From Bacteroidota bacterium (GTDB lineage: Bacteria; Bacteroidota; Ignavibacteria; Palsa-1295): a DNA stretch of 64,000 nt. Location: the NCBI GenBank assembly GCA_030706385.1, contig JAUZOQ010000004.1:6171-70170 (forward strand). The letters are read 5' to 3'. Position numbers and translations under genes: made by a program. The notes under the pieces were generated by a model that saw only the letters and a list, made by a program, of their open reading frames with translations, searched no databases and was not told where the DNA came from. This document shows, piece after piece, positions 37,267 to 47,160 of this stretch (positions within the stretch are counted from its first letter, which is position 1; each line of letters opens with the position of its first letter).

Positions 37267-38814
37267 ATGAAATATTTCTCAAAATCACTCACTTTTGTTG
37301 TTCTTTTCTCGGTCGCATTCCAATTGTCAGGTTGCGGAGATGCAGATCTAAAAAGTGCCAAACTTTACCGCATTCAGCATAATTGGGTGAAGGCAAATGA
37401 TATGCTCGAAAAAGCAGTACAGGGCGACCCAACTAATGACGAGGCCTGGGCACTGTATGTAACGAACTTATATGATCTCAAGCGTTACGAAAAAATTGCA
37501 GATGTTATCGATACTGCACGCCTCTATGCCATAAAGAACAGGGCGCAAGTCGAGCTTGTCCGTCACAATACATGGGTGGAGCTCTATAACGGAGGATTGA
37601 ATGCCTATAATCAGAATCCCGACAGCAAAGAGCAGCAACAAGCAGCCATTGGGTTGTTAGAATCCGCGATGAAAGTTGCTCCGGATCAGCCGGAAACTTA
37701 TGAGTTACTTGGTGACGTCTACTTCTCAGCGCAGGATACAGCCAAGTATATCTCGACTTATGAGGATGCACTTAAGCAGGTCCGGTCGATACATGATCAG
37801 GGTGTGGCACTTGGCCTCATCGTCAAAATGGAACCATCGCAAGTAGAATCAGCTATTGGGGGCTCACCTTCCAAAGACACTGTCGTTTACCTAGGCGGAT
37901 CTGATAGCGCACGAGTGTATTACTACCGTTCGAACGACGGATTTTTTTATTTTGAAAAGGCTCCGAAGCCGCCCCGCAAATGGCAACTTACAGGCTGGCG
38001 CTTTACGAACACGTATGCTGTTGGCATGCAGCCAATGCGTATCTCCACGAACCCGTATCGACAGCTTGCCAGCTACTACTACGAAAAAGGAAATAAAGCG
38101 ATTGCACAGAATAACAAGGCGAAGGCGGAGGAGTATTATAATCAGGCCGTACCTCTGTTGATTGCAATCCAGCGTCTCGATCCATCGGATGAGAGCGCGG
38201 GGACCTATATTCCGGAGATCTATAGGAAGCTTGATCAGCCCGAAAAGGCAAAATCCGAATACGAGCGTATGATTGCAGAGCATCCTTCAAAGAATCTATA
38301 TTCTGCATACGGATATGTCCTCTTGAAATCGGAGGATTATGAAGGCGCCGTCGCAGCATTCCAGAAAGCATTAGACATCGACCCCGCGTATGAAACGGCG
38401 CTTTATGACATTGCAGCCGCATATAAGAACTGGGCTGCAGCAGACCAGAAGAAAGCACCTAAAGAGGAACCGAAGAAGGAAACAAAAAAGGATTCGAAAA
38501 AGGATCAGAAGACCGATCAAAAAACGGATGCCGTTCGACTGAAACTTGAAAAATCTACTGATTACTTCGAAAAAGTTATTGCACTCGATAAGAAGGAATA
38601 CAACTCCTACATGAATTTGATGGAGAATTACGATATACTTGGCAAACCTGATAAGACGAAAGAGGCATTGGCTGCTCTTGAGTCGCTCAAGAACACGGAC
38701 GTGGCAAAAGATGCAGGCTATTGGAATGTGCTTGGCAAAGTATATGTGCGCATTAACCGGCCTTCGGAATCCGCAGAGGCATTCAAAAAGGCGGATCAGT
38801 TACAAGGTAAATAA
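37267..38814 (+). CDS. TPR-repeat lipoprotein
   Basis: Start at MKYFSKSLTFVVLFSVAFQLSGCGD (lipobox). Multiple 34-aa TPR-like repeats. Lys-rich low-complexity stretch. Confidence 0.7.
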   Translation: MKYFSKSLTFVVLFSVAFQLSGCGDADLKSAKLYRIQHNWVKANDMLEKAVQGDPTNDEAWALYVTNLYDLKRYEKIADVIDTARLYAIKNRAQVELVRHNTWVELYNGGLNAYNQNPDSKEQQQAAIGLLESAMKVAPDQPETYELLGDVYFSAQDTAKYISTYEDALKQVRSIHDQGVALGLIVKMEPSQVESAIGGSPSKDTVVYLGGSDSARVYYYRSNDGFFYFEKAPKPPRKWQLTGWRFTNTYAVGMQPMRISTNPYRQLASYYYEKGNKAIAQNNKAKAEEYYNQAVPLLIAIQRLDPSDESAGTYIPEIYRKLDQPEKAKSEYERMIAEHPSKNLYSAYGYVLLKSEDYEGAVAAFQKALDIDPAYETALYDIAAAYKNWAAADQKKAPKEEPKKETKKDSKKDQKTDQKTDAVRLKLEKSTDYFEKVIALDKKEYNSYMNLMENYDILGKPDKTKEALAALESLKNTDVAKDAGYWNVLGKVYVRINRPSESAEAFKKADQLQGK

Positions 38815-38833
38815 TTTTTAGAACTAACTCTAC

Positions 38834-39196
38834 ATGGATAACAACAATAACGACCCACAACAGGGACAACAGTTACAGATCGAACTTGGTGAGAAAGAAG
38901 CCGAAGGGATTTATTCGAATCTCGCGATCATAACTCACTCGCCTGCTGAATTTATTATCGATTACACGCGCGTTACCCCTGGTGTGCCGAAGGCCCGCGT
39001 GCTTTCGAGGATCATCATGACTCCGCAGCACATGAAGCTGCTTATCGGAGCAATGAAGGAGAATCTTGACCGTTACGAATCACAGTATGGCGAGATCCGC
39101 GTCGAAGGCGCTCAGGCGAACCATCCGTTTGGCTTTCGGACTGGTCCGATCCAGACCGGCGGCGGCGGCGGAACAGGCGGCGATAAAGTACATTAG
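38834..39196 (+). CDS. DUF3467-family protein with Gly-rich C-terminus
   Basis: Core IELGEKEAEGIYSNLAIITHSPAEFIIDYTRVTPGVPKARVLSRIIMTPQHMKLLIGAMKENLDRYESQYGEI, recalled from DUF3467 members. GGGGGTGGD tail. Confidence 0.55.
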   Translation: MDNNNNDPQQGQQLQIELGEKEAEGIYSNLAIITHSPAEFIIDYTRVTPGVPKARVLSRIIMTPQHMKLLIGAMKENLDRYESQYGEIRVEGAQANHPFGFRTGPIQTGGGGGTGGDKVH

Positions 39197-39283
39197 GAAT
39201 GCGATTACAGCGGCGTCTCAGGGATTCCCGATACCGGAGTTCAAGCCGCATCATATAACTTCTACTCGATTTTGAATCGTACA

Positions 39284-39610
39284 ATGGTAACATTAACAGC
39301 ACTTTACAAAAGGCCGGAGGATACGGCAGCCTTCGACGATCATTACACAAATGTTCATACTCCGCTGGTCGCCAAGGTTCCGGGACTTCGGAAGATGGAG
39401 GTCAGCCGCTTTTCGAAAATGTTGACTCCGCCGAATGCACTTATTTCAGATCAACCATACCTTGAATGCACAATGTATTTTGATAATATGGACTCATTCA
39501 AGGCTGCCATGGCTTCGGAAGAGAATAAGGCAGCAGGAAAAGACCTCATGAGTTTTGCAGGCCCCCTCGTCTCGATGTTTGTTGGAGTTCGGGAAGATAT
39601 TACCTTATAA
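39284..39610 (+). CDS. EthD-family (TIGR02118-like) dimeric alpha/beta-barrel protein
   Basis: MVTLTALYKRPEDTAAFDDHYTNVHTPLVAKVPGLRKMEVSRF... follows the TIGR02118 pattern. Start at Met 39284. Confidence 0.6.
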   Translation: MVTLTALYKRPEDTAAFDDHYTNVHTPLVAKVPGLRKMEVSRFSKMLTPPNALISDQPYLECTMYFDNMDSFKAAMASEENKAAGKDLMSFAGPLVSMFVGVREDITL

Positions 39611-39613
39611 TTT

Positions 39614-40471
39614 ATGGCGCGCACACGTACTTCACAGGAGCTTAATCCGTACCGGGAAAAACGCAACTATAATTTTTCCCACATTCTCTATGAGAAGAAT
39701 GATTATGTGGCGACACTGACGATCAATCGGCCTGAGGTTCTCAATTGTCTCAATCTAACTACACTACGTGAGATGATCACGGCCTTTGAAGATACAGCTT
39801 GGGATGATGATATCGCAGTTCTGGTAATCACCGGCGCCGGCGAAAAAGCTTTTTGCACCGGAGCAGATCTTCGCGAACAAGAGGAATTCTTCGTTGGAAA
39901 TCCGAATGATTACTATAAGTGGATGCGGGTATTCATTGAGATGCACGAATCCCTACGGAACATCGGAAAGCCGACGGTTGCCAGACTTAACGGCATGGTT
40001 GTTGGCGGAGGGAATGAAGTCAACCTTTCATGTGACTTGGCAATTGCCGCAGATCATATTATCATTAAGCAAGTAGGAGCGGCACGTGGAAGTGTTGCAG
40101 CAGCGGGCGCAACGCAATGGCTGCCCCTGACTGTGGGAGATCGCAGGGCAAGAGAGATCATCTTCCTCTGCGAGGAAATCCCTGCAGAGAAGGCTCTGGA
40201 CTGGGGTTTGGTGAATCAGGTCGTGCCAAAGGAAGAACTTGATCACGCCGTGGCAATTCTTTGTGAGAAACTCTACAATAAGCTTCCCGAGTGCCTTCGC
40301 TATGCGAAGCAGCAACTGAATTTCTGGAAAGACCTAAGCTGGCATACCACTATAGGGCATGCAAGAGATTGGCTATCGATCCACAATCTTTCCGATGAGG
40401 TATCTGAAGGGATCAATGCCTTCAATGAAAAACGGGATGTGAACTATAAGAAGATTCGGAAGAAAAAATAG
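39614..40471 (+). CDS. Enoyl-CoA hydratase/isomerase (crotonase) family protein, MenB-like
   Basis: Crotonase fold: ILYEKNDYVATLTINRPEVLNCLN, VITGAGEKAFCTGADL, C-terminal FNEKRDVNYKK. Collinear with 1,4-dihydroxy-2-naphthoyl-CoA synthase-like members. Confidence 0.7.
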   Translation: MARTRTSQELNPYREKRNYNFSHILYEKNDYVATLTINRPEVLNCLNLTTLREMITAFEDTAWDDDIAVLVITGAGEKAFCTGADLREQEEFFVGNPNDYYKWMRVFIEMHESLRNIGKPTVARLNGMVVGGGNEVNLSCDLAIAADHIIIKQVGAARGSVAAAGATQWLPLTVGDRRAREIIFLCEEIPAEKALDWGLVNQVVPKEELDHAVAILCEKLYNKLPECLRYAKQQLNFWKDLSWHTTIGHARDWLSIHNLSDEVSEGINAFNEKRDVNYKKIRKKK

Positions 40472-40558
40472 CCGGCCGTCGTTCTACCCTCGAAGGTTCA
40501 CGAAATAATAGTATCTGTCGCAGGGAGAATCCGAATCCCCCTGCAACGTAAGCAACGA

Positions 40559-41023
40559 TTATTTTGGAAGAGCAGAAATATCCTTCTGCAATTCTACACT
40601 ATGATCCTTTGGATGAACCTGCTGGTAGATCTTTGCGATCTTCCCATTCTTATCGATCAAGAAAGTCCAGCGCTTCGGGTATCTTCCCTCACTTGCAGGC
40701 ACACCATAGGCCTTGCAGATCGTCCCGGTCGTATCGACTAACAATGGAAAATTCAGGTGATCTTTTTCCGTAAATTCCTTATGCATTTCTATGGGATCCA
40801 TCGAAACACCCAGAATAACCGTATTCAAAGCCTCGAATTTCGATTTGTCGTCGCGAAAATTGCAAGCCTCAACGGTGCAGCCCGATGTCATATCCTCAGG
40901 GTAGAAGTATAATACCACATTTGATTTCCCCTTGAAGTCGTCAAGTGAGATAACGGAGCCATCGGTAGAAACAGCCTTGAATTTCGGGGCATCCTGCCCG
41001 ACTGAAAGAGTAACGTCTGTCAT
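40559..41023 (-). CDS. bcp: Peroxiredoxin, Bcp type (AhpC/TSA family)
   Basis: VGQDAPKFKAVSTDGSVISLDDFKGKSNVVLYFYPEDMTSGCTVEACNFRD with peroxidatic Cys in T-x-x-C context. Start taken at MTDVTLSV (41023). Confidence 0.8.
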   Translation of the reverse strand: MTDVTLSVGQDAPKFKAVSTDGSVISLDDFKGKSNVVLYFYPEDMTSGCTVEACNFRDDKSKFEALNTVILGVSMDPIEMHKEFTEKDHLNFPLLVDTTGTICKAYGVPASEGRYPKRWTFLIDKNGKIAKIYQQVHPKDHSVELQKDISALPK

Positions 41024-41118
41024 AGTTAATAATAGTGATAAAAGAATGGTGATCATAATATAGCTATATTCGAATGTTTATGCCAGCTCGGGGAAGCAGA
41101 GGCAGTAATGACTAAAAC

Positions 41119-41688
41119 CTATTCGTCGATATCTAACACACCGGCTGCAAAAAGTCTTGCATATTTTGTGACGTCGGTCCCTAATTTCTTTAGTCGATGC
41201 TCTAAGGCAACATCGGCAAGCAGTCCGGATCCATCGAATATCTTGCCCGAATGTGAGATCGATACCTGATGCGGAACAACCCAGGAGCCTACTCCACGCA
41301 TAATGGTTCTCAAATGTCCGATCGCATTGGCTGCGCCCATTCCACCGCCTGCGACACCGATGATTCCGACCATCTTATGTTCGAACTCTTCCGTGCTGCA
41401 GAGATCCAAGGCATTTTTAAGCGAGCCGGTAATGCTATTGTGGTACTCCGGCGTGCCGATAATAATACCTTGCGAGGAGCGAATAAGCGCCTTGAATTCA
41501 TTAACGGAAGACGGATATGTCGATTCATCTTGCCGGCCATCGCAAAACGGGAGTTGATGCTCGGCAATATCATAGAAATCAGTCTCAGCCCCTGCCTCAG
41601 CAGCGGCGGCCAGGGCATATTTGATGACATAGGCTGTCGAAGAATTTGGCCTCATGCTTCCGCAGATACCGAGGATGTGCAGTGCCAT
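41119..41688 (-). CDS. NAD(P)H-dependent FMN reductase (flavodoxin-like fold)
   Basis: MALHILGICGSMRPNSSTAYVIKYAL...IIGTPEYHNSITGSLKNALD matches the FMN_red family N-terminal pattern. Confidence 0.7.
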   Translation of the reverse strand: MALHILGICGSMRPNSSTAYVIKYALAAAAEAGAETDFYDIAEHQLPFCDGRQDESTYPSSVNEFKALIRSSQGIIIGTPEYHNSITGSLKNALDLCSTEEFEHKMVGIIGVAGGGMGAANAIGHLRTIMRGVGSWVVPHQVSISHSGKIFDGSGLLADVALEHRLKKLGTDVTKYARLFAAGVLDIDE

Positions 41689-42545
41689 TAGCTTTTTTTC
41701 TCAGAATAGTCGTAGAAACCTCTTCCAGTTTTCCTGCCCAACAAATGAGCTTCCACCATCTTCTGCTGGATCAAATGAGGACGAAATCTGCTCTCACCAA
41801 AGAACTGTTCGTAAACCGATTCCGTCACAGCGAAGTTGACGTCGATACCGATCAGATCCATCAATTGAAATGGTCCCATTGCGAAGCCGTTCCCTTGCAT
41901 AATACGGTCGATCTGTTCATGAGTCGCATTGCCATCACCCATGATCCGAAGTGCCTCACCATAAAAATTTCTTGCAACGCGATTAACGATAAATCCGGGA
42001 TAATCTTTGGCAAGGACTGGGACCTTTCCAAGTTGCTTTACGTAACCTTCAGCCCGGTACATCACATCATCAGTGGTGTCATATCCACGGATGATCTCGA
42101 CAAGCTTCATGATATGAGCGGGATTGAAGAAATGTAGTCCTACGCATCTGGCAGGCTTCTTTGCGGCACTGGCAATTGCAGTGATCGAGAGCGAAGAAGT
42201 GTTTGTCGCAAAAATTGTATCATCGGAACAGATGTCGGAGAGTCGCGAAAAGATCTCCTGCTTGGTCTCGAGTTTTTCAACAGCGGCTTCGATCACAAGT
42301 TCACATGTCTTCAAGTGCTCGAAATGAGAGGATGTCCTGATCCGTAATGCTGCGGCATTTGCGTCAGCAATACTGAGCTTTCCCTTTTCCGACGCTTTTT
42401 CCATGAGTGCACCGATATTCCGGAATGCACGCTGTAAAAAGGCATCGCTGATGTCATTGAGGACGACGTCATAGCCGGCAAGAGCAGAAGCGAGTGCGAT
42501 CCCGCTTCCCATTGTACCGGCACCGATAACTCCGATAGATTTCAA
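41688..42545 (-). CDS. hbd: 3-hydroxyacyl-CoA (3-hydroxybutyryl-CoA) dehydrogenase
   Basis: GVIGAGTMGSGIALASALAGYDVVLND Rossmann motif. Probable TTG start at 42545 giving MKSIGVIGAGTMG. The upstream ATG at 42647 would overlap the preceding crotonase gene by 52 nt. Confidence 0.8.
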   Translation of the reverse strand: MKSIGVIGAGTMGSGIALASALAGYDVVLNDISDAFLQRAFRNIGALMEKASEKGKLSIADANAAALRIRTSSHFEHLKTCELVIEAAVEKLETKQEIFSRLSDICSDDTIFATNTSSLSITAIASAAKKPARCVGLHFFNPAHIMKLVEIIRGYDTTDDVMYRAEGYVKQLGKVPVLAKDYPGFIVNRVARNFYGEALRIMGDGNATHEQIDRIMQGNGFAMGPFQLMDLIGIDVNFAVTESVYEQFFGESRFRPHLIQQKMVEAHLLGRKTGRGFYDYSEKKS

Positions 42546-42594
42546 ATGTATTGGTGGATTGAATGCAATGATAACACTTCCGGGAAAAAGAAAG

Positions 42595-43383
42595 TTATCT
42601 CCCTTTGAATTCTGCTTTTTTCTTCTCTTTGAATGCAGCAATTGCATTCGTATAGTCTTCGGTTCGCCCTGCGGCTTCCTGCATAAAGACTTCGTAATCC
42701 AAGGCCTCGTCGAGAGACATTCCCGCGGCCCTATCGATCATTTTTTTAATGTATCCATATGCTTTTGTCGGTCCGTTCGCGAAAGCCTTCGCAATTTGCA
42801 TCGTTTCTTCTTCGAGCTTATCTGCGCTGACAATCTTGTTCACAAGTCCCAATTCAAGGGCTTTTTGTGCCGGCACATCATCTCCCGTAGCAGCCAACTC
42901 GAAAGCCTTTGCCACTCCGAGAGTTTTTACAAGAAACCAGCTCGACCCGGAATCCGGGACCAATCCGATACGGATAAATACTTCAATGAGCTTAGCCGAA
43001 TCGACGCAAATCCTATAATCGCAAGCAAGGGCAAGTGAACATCCTGCTCCTGCAGCAACGCCATTTATCGCACCGATAATTGGTTTTGGAAGATTCCTCA
43101 TCGCGCGAATCAGCGGATTATACCGACGTTCCAGTGAATCCCGCAAAGAGCGCTTTCCGCTTCCCAATGGTGCATCCTTAAGGTCCTGTCCCGAACAAAA
43201 TGCCTTCCCTGCTCCGGTTAGCACGACTACGCGGATCTCATTGTTTTTCGCAGCCTCCTTAAAGATACTCTGTAGGTCAGAAGTCATCTCCTCATTAAAG
43301 GCATTATAGACTTCAGGCCTGTTAAGCGTTATTGTAAGAACTCCGTCAGAGATCTTCGCGAGTATAGTTTTATATTCTTGCAT
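42595..43383 (-). CDS. Enoyl-CoA hydratase (crotonase family)
   Basis: LTITLNRPEVYNAFN, VVLTGAGKAFCSGQDLK, catalytic Glu region. 262 aa. Confidence 0.8.
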   Translation of the reverse strand: MQEYKTILAKISDGVLTITLNRPEVYNAFNEEMTSDLQSIFKEAAKNNEIRVVVLTGAGKAFCSGQDLKDAPLGSGKRSLRDSLERRYNPLIRAMRNLPKPIIGAINGVAAGAGCSLALACDYRICVDSAKLIEVFIRIGLVPDSGSSWFLVKTLGVAKAFELAATGDDVPAQKALELGLVNKIVSADKLEEETMQIAKAFANGPTKAYGYIKKMIDRAAGMSLDEALDYEVFMQEAAGRTEDYTNAIAAFKEKKKAEFKGR

Positions 43384-43408
43384 TAATTAATTCTTCTTCA
43401 TCGTATTC

Positions 43409-44185
43409 TCACTTCCCTTTCCATTCAGGCTTCCGTTTCTCAACAAAAGCCGCCATTCCCTCTTTCATATCTTCGGTTGCGAAAAGCATGTAGAAATTCT
43501 TTCTCTCGTATTCGAGTCCCATCTCTATTGTTGTATCGAATGATTTGAGGATTGCTTCCTTTGCCAAGCGGACTGCAACAGGAGGGCGGTTAGCGATCTC
43601 CGCGGCGAGTTTTTGTGCTTCTTCCAAATAGAATTCTACCGGCACTACTCGATTTATCAGCCCGGCCTTCAATGCCTCTTCAGCCGAAAGAAATCTTCCG
43701 GTCAGAACGAGCTCCATGGCAAGCACTTTGCCGACGGCCCGTGTCAGCCGCTGCGTTCCGCCTGCGCCGGGCATTACTCCGATGTTGATCTCGGGCTGGC
43801 CGATCTTCGCCGTCTCGCTGGCGATCACAATATCGCAATGCATCATGAGCTCACATCCTCCGCCAAGCGCAAAACCCGATACGGCCGCAATTATCGGCTT
43901 CTTAACTTTACGGATCTTGTCCCATTTCGAGAACTGATCGCGTTCTAACATTTCGACGGCAGAGGCGTTTGCCATTTCCTTTATGTCCGCACCTGCAGCA
44001 AAAGCTTTTTCATTTCCCGTTAGGACAATACACCGGACCGAATCATCTTTGTCTAATGATTCGAATGTTGAGATCAACTCATTCATGAGCTCAAGATTGA
44101 GGGCATTCAGAGCCTGAGGCCTGTTGAGCTGTATTGTGGCTACAAAACCTTCTCGGTGCAATATGAGATTCTTCAGTTCGGACAT
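43409..44185 (-). CDS. Enoyl-CoA hydratase / 3-hydroxybutyryl-CoA dehydratase (crotonase family)
   Basis: ATIQLNRPQALNALN, LTGNEKAFAAGADIKEM, GGGCELMMHCDI. Start at MSELKNLILH (44185). Confidence 0.8.
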   Translation of the reverse strand: MSELKNLILHREGFVATIQLNRPQALNALNLELMNELISTFESLDKDDSVRCIVLTGNEKAFAAGADIKEMANASAVEMLERDQFSKWDKIRKVKKPIIAAVSGFALGGGCELMMHCDIVIASETAKIGQPEINIGVMPGAGGTQRLTRAVGKVLAMELVLTGRFLSAEEALKAGLINRVVPVEFYLEEAQKLAAEIANRPPVAVRLAKEAILKSFDTTIEMGLEYERKNFYMLFATEDMKEGMAAFVEKRKPEWKGK

Positions 44186-44318
44186 GCTAGGGTAATAGTG
44201 AAAGTACAAAAATACGGAAAGCTGAGGACTCGGCTGCCCGTTTGAACTTTATATTTCGGCAATAAAAACCTCTTATTCGGAGGCTGCAATAACGCTAGTA
44301 CCAGCCTATTCGGCCGGA

Positions 44319-45020
44319 TTAATCCCGATTCCTCGAAAGAAGCCGTAAGATGGCCATAAAGAGATTCAGGAAATCGAGGTAAAGGTTCAGCGCTGCAAGC
44401 GTTGGAGGAATCTCGTGTGCATTCTTCAGAATCCGCGACGTATCATAGAGAATGAAACCAGAGAACAAAATCACAATGATAGATGAAAGTGCCAGATCCA
44501 TAGTCGTCGATTGGACGAAGAGATTGACCAGCGACACGCCAATTACCATGAAGAGCCCAATCATCAGAGAGGCGCCCATGTACGAAAAATCCTTCTTCGT
44601 AATAAACACATAGGCCGTTAGAGCCCCAAAAACGAGGGAGGTAAGAAAGAGCGCGTCATAGATGACTGCCACTCCCGTGCCTCGGATAAATCCATGTGCG
44701 ATTGCGTAAAGAGTCGGCGAAATTATGATACCGCTAACAAACGTAAAACCGATAAGGGTTGGTACTGCACGGGAGGGATTTCCGGCGCTTGCAGATGCAA
44801 ATATGGCCATTCCCAGGAATGCGATCAGGCCAATGAACGGATGTTGGATCGCAAAAAAGACTAACGAGGTGTTCATTGCGATCAGTGAGCCAACCACGCC
44901 TCCGGCAATGCCCAGAGCGAAGTACGTATACACTTTCCGAATGTAAGCTAATCGTGCCTCGCCGGCAAGTGATACTGCTTCAGGTGTGAAACTATAAGCT
45001 GATCCAGGATAACGATCCAT
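44319..45020 (-). CDS. Bax inhibitor-1/YccA family membrane protein
   Basis: 233 aa with 7 predicted TM helices and a BI-1-like layout (N-terminal RKVYTYFALGIAGGVVGS, C-terminal charged tail). Confidence 0.55.
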   Translation of the reverse strand: MDRYPGSAYSFTPEAVSLAGEARLAYIRKVYTYFALGIAGGVVGSLIAMNTSLVFFAIQHPFIGLIAFLGMAIFASASAGNPSRAVPTLIGFTFVSGIIISPTLYAIAHGFIRGTGVAVIYDALFLTSLVFGALTAYVFITKKDFSYMGASLMIGLFMVIGVSLVNLFVQSTTMDLALSSIIVILFSGFILYDTSRILKNAHEIPPTLAALNLYLDFLNLFMAILRLLSRNRD

Positions 45021-45123
45021 ATTTTCTTCTATTTTTGTAATTCTACGAACAGCCTCAATGTTTGGTTTCGTTCGTAAATTGCAATCCTACTGTTATTCCT
45101 TGAATTTATTATACATACGCACT

Positions 45124-46401
45124 ATGAAGTTATCCGGATTTATTTGCGCATTTTCTTCTCTGGTCATTCTGAATACCGTACCACTTTCTGCATTCTCGCA
45201 GACGACTTCACCATCGATCACAAGCGCTGATCTTCGCCAAAGAATGAACATCCTCGCAAGTGATTCATTAGCAGGTAGGCGGACTGGAGAGCCAGGGTGC
45301 GAATCGGCTGCACGATATATTGCCAAGGAGTTCAAACGGATGGGATTGCGTCCGCTTGATCCGGCGAAGAGTTACTTTCAGCACTATGATTTCTCCGAGC
45401 GAGCATTTGATTCGACTAAGAAGGAAAAGACAAAGGCGGTGAACGTGATCGGGTTCATTCCCGGCAGCAGCAAGAAACTTAAGGATCAGGTTGTCATAAT
45501 CGGCGCGCACTATGACCATCTTGGAATGGGAGGTAAAAATGCGCTTGACACTGTGAAAGCGATTCATTATGGCGCCGATGATAATGCAAGCGGAACGGTG
45601 GGGCTTCTTGAACTTGCAGAATACTATTCGCGACATAAAGCCTCATTAAAGCGCAGCCTGCTTTTCATCTCGTTCAGCGGTGAGGAGGAAGGTCTCTTCG
45701 GAAGCCTAAATTATGCCAAGAACCCCTTGATTCCCTTGGAAAAGACTCAGGCCATGATCAATATGGATATGATCGGAAGATTGAAAGACAGTATTCTGAT
45801 CGTCGAAGGAATGGGATCCTCTCCCTATTGGAAAATATTAATGGATTCCTTGAAACATGAAAACTTCTTGATGAGGTATAAACCCGATGGAGTGGGGCCA
45901 AGCGACCACTCGTCCTTCTATCGGAAAAACATACCGGTCATATTTTATTTTACGGGATTGCACCGCGATTACCATCGGGCTACAGATACTAAAGATAAGA
46001 TCAATTATGAAGGTGAAGTAGAGGTTCTCGATCTGGTGAGGCGCAGCATTGATGCAATTCAATCAAAGCCCGACCGCATCCCGTTTACTCTTGTGCCAGA
46101 AGACACGACGAAGAAAATCGGAACGTTCAAAGTGTACGTTGGCGGTGTTCCCGATTACGGCTACGATGGCGAAGGACTAAAACTCTCAGATATTACTCCT
46201 GGCTCTCCGGCCGCAAAAGCGGGTCTTAAGACCGATGATATCATCATAAAGTTCGCTGATATCGAGATCAAGAACATCTACGACTATACAGGAGCTTTAG
46301 GGAAGTTCAAACCTGACGATGTTGTTGATTTCAGAGTGAAACGGGGAAAAGAAGTCTTGACGATTCCGGTGAAACTAGGAAAAAGAGGTGAAGCACACTG
46401 A
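45124..46401 (+). CDS. Secreted M28-family zinc peptidase with C-terminal PDZ domain
   Basis: Signal peptide. M28 metal-ligand motifs (VIIGAHYDHLG, GADDNASGTVGLLELAEY, FSGEEEGLFGS). C-terminal GLKLSDITPGSPAAKAGLKTDDIIIKFADIEI PDZ-like segment. Confidence 0.65.
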   Translation: MKLSGFICAFSSLVILNTVPLSAFSQTTSPSITSADLRQRMNILASDSLAGRRTGEPGCESAARYIAKEFKRMGLRPLDPAKSYFQHYDFSERAFDSTKKEKTKAVNVIGFIPGSSKKLKDQVVIIGAHYDHLGMGGKNALDTVKAIHYGADDNASGTVGLLELAEYYSRHKASLKRSLLFISFSGEEEGLFGSLNYAKNPLIPLEKTQAMINMDMIGRLKDSILIVEGMGSSPYWKILMDSLKHENFLMRYKPDGVGPSDHSSFYRKNIPVIFYFTGLHRDYHRATDTKDKINYEGEVEVLDLVRRSIDAIQSKPDRIPFTLVPEDTTKKIGTFKVYVGGVPDYGYDGEGLKLSDITPGSPAAKAGLKTDDIIIKFADIEIKNIYDYTGALGKFKPDDVVDFRVKRGKEVLTIPVKLGKRGEAH

Positions 46402-46454
46402 TCGATGAAGCATTGTATTATTGACACGGATGACCACCACAAATTAATTTCAAT

Positions 46455-47075
46455 ATGGCTGAAGGCGCTATGAACTCACGACTAGAAACATTTTGCGATG
46501 GAGTATTTGCGATCGCATTAACCCTCTTGGTATTAGAGATCAAAACTCCTGCAGTCGATAACATTCATAGTTCCGATGACCTCTGGCATGCGCTCAGCCA
46601 TCTGCTCCCTTCCGTCTTTGCCTTTCTTCTGAGTTTTACTATCATCGTAATTTCATGGGTAAATCATCATGCGTTAATGAAATTAATCAACAAGTCTACA
46701 GCGCCCTTTATTTATGCAAATGTCTTTCTATTGCTTACGGTTGTGATCCTTCCTTTTCCTACGGCCTTATTCGCTGAGTTTGGTTTCACCGACGCTGCCA
46801 CTCCGGCCGTTGTACTCTATAGCTTCGTCATGCTACTTACGAATATCGGTTGGATTCTTATTGCACGTACGGCTCTTAAGCCGGTGCTGGCGAAAAGTGA
46901 TGAGGCGGAAGCAACGATAAGACAAATATTGAAGCAGGGCAAATCCGCGTTCATTCTTTACTCCGTATGCACTATTCTCGCTTTCTGGTTTCCGCTCATT
47001 ATTTCTATAATTCTTACGCTCACGTGGATGGTTTGGCTCGTTCTGGGATTAAATTATAAAGACGAGAAAGTATAA
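46455..47075 (+). CDS. TMEM175/DUF1211-family potassium channel homolog
   Basis: Signature RLETFCDGVFAIALTLLVLEI in TM1. 6-TM organisation. ~200 aa as in bacterial TMEM175 homologs. Confidence 0.7.
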   Translation: MAEGAMNSRLETFCDGVFAIALTLLVLEIKTPAVDNIHSSDDLWHALSHLLPSVFAFLLSFTIIVISWVNHHALMKLINKSTAPFIYANVFLLLTVVILPFPTALFAEFGFTDAATPAVVLYSFVMLLTNIGWILIARTALKPVLAKSDEAEATIRQILKQGKSAFILYSVCTILAFWFPLIISIILTLTWMVWLVLGLNYKDEKV

Positions 47076-47160
47076 CCAAACAAGCTGATCTAGTTTGGAT
47101 CAAAAGAAATACCCTTCACGGAAAAGCTGTAATTGGTAATGCGAATTCAGAAATACTAAC

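Noticed and set aside
40472-40558. Possible bidirectional terminator hairpin (gcaggg-N13-ccctgc) between the convergent crotonase and bcp genes
   Set aside because: Stem is short and not followed by a T-tract on either strand. Too weak to call.
41269-41691. 140-aa plus-strand ORF
   Set aside because: Antisense to the FMN reductase gene.
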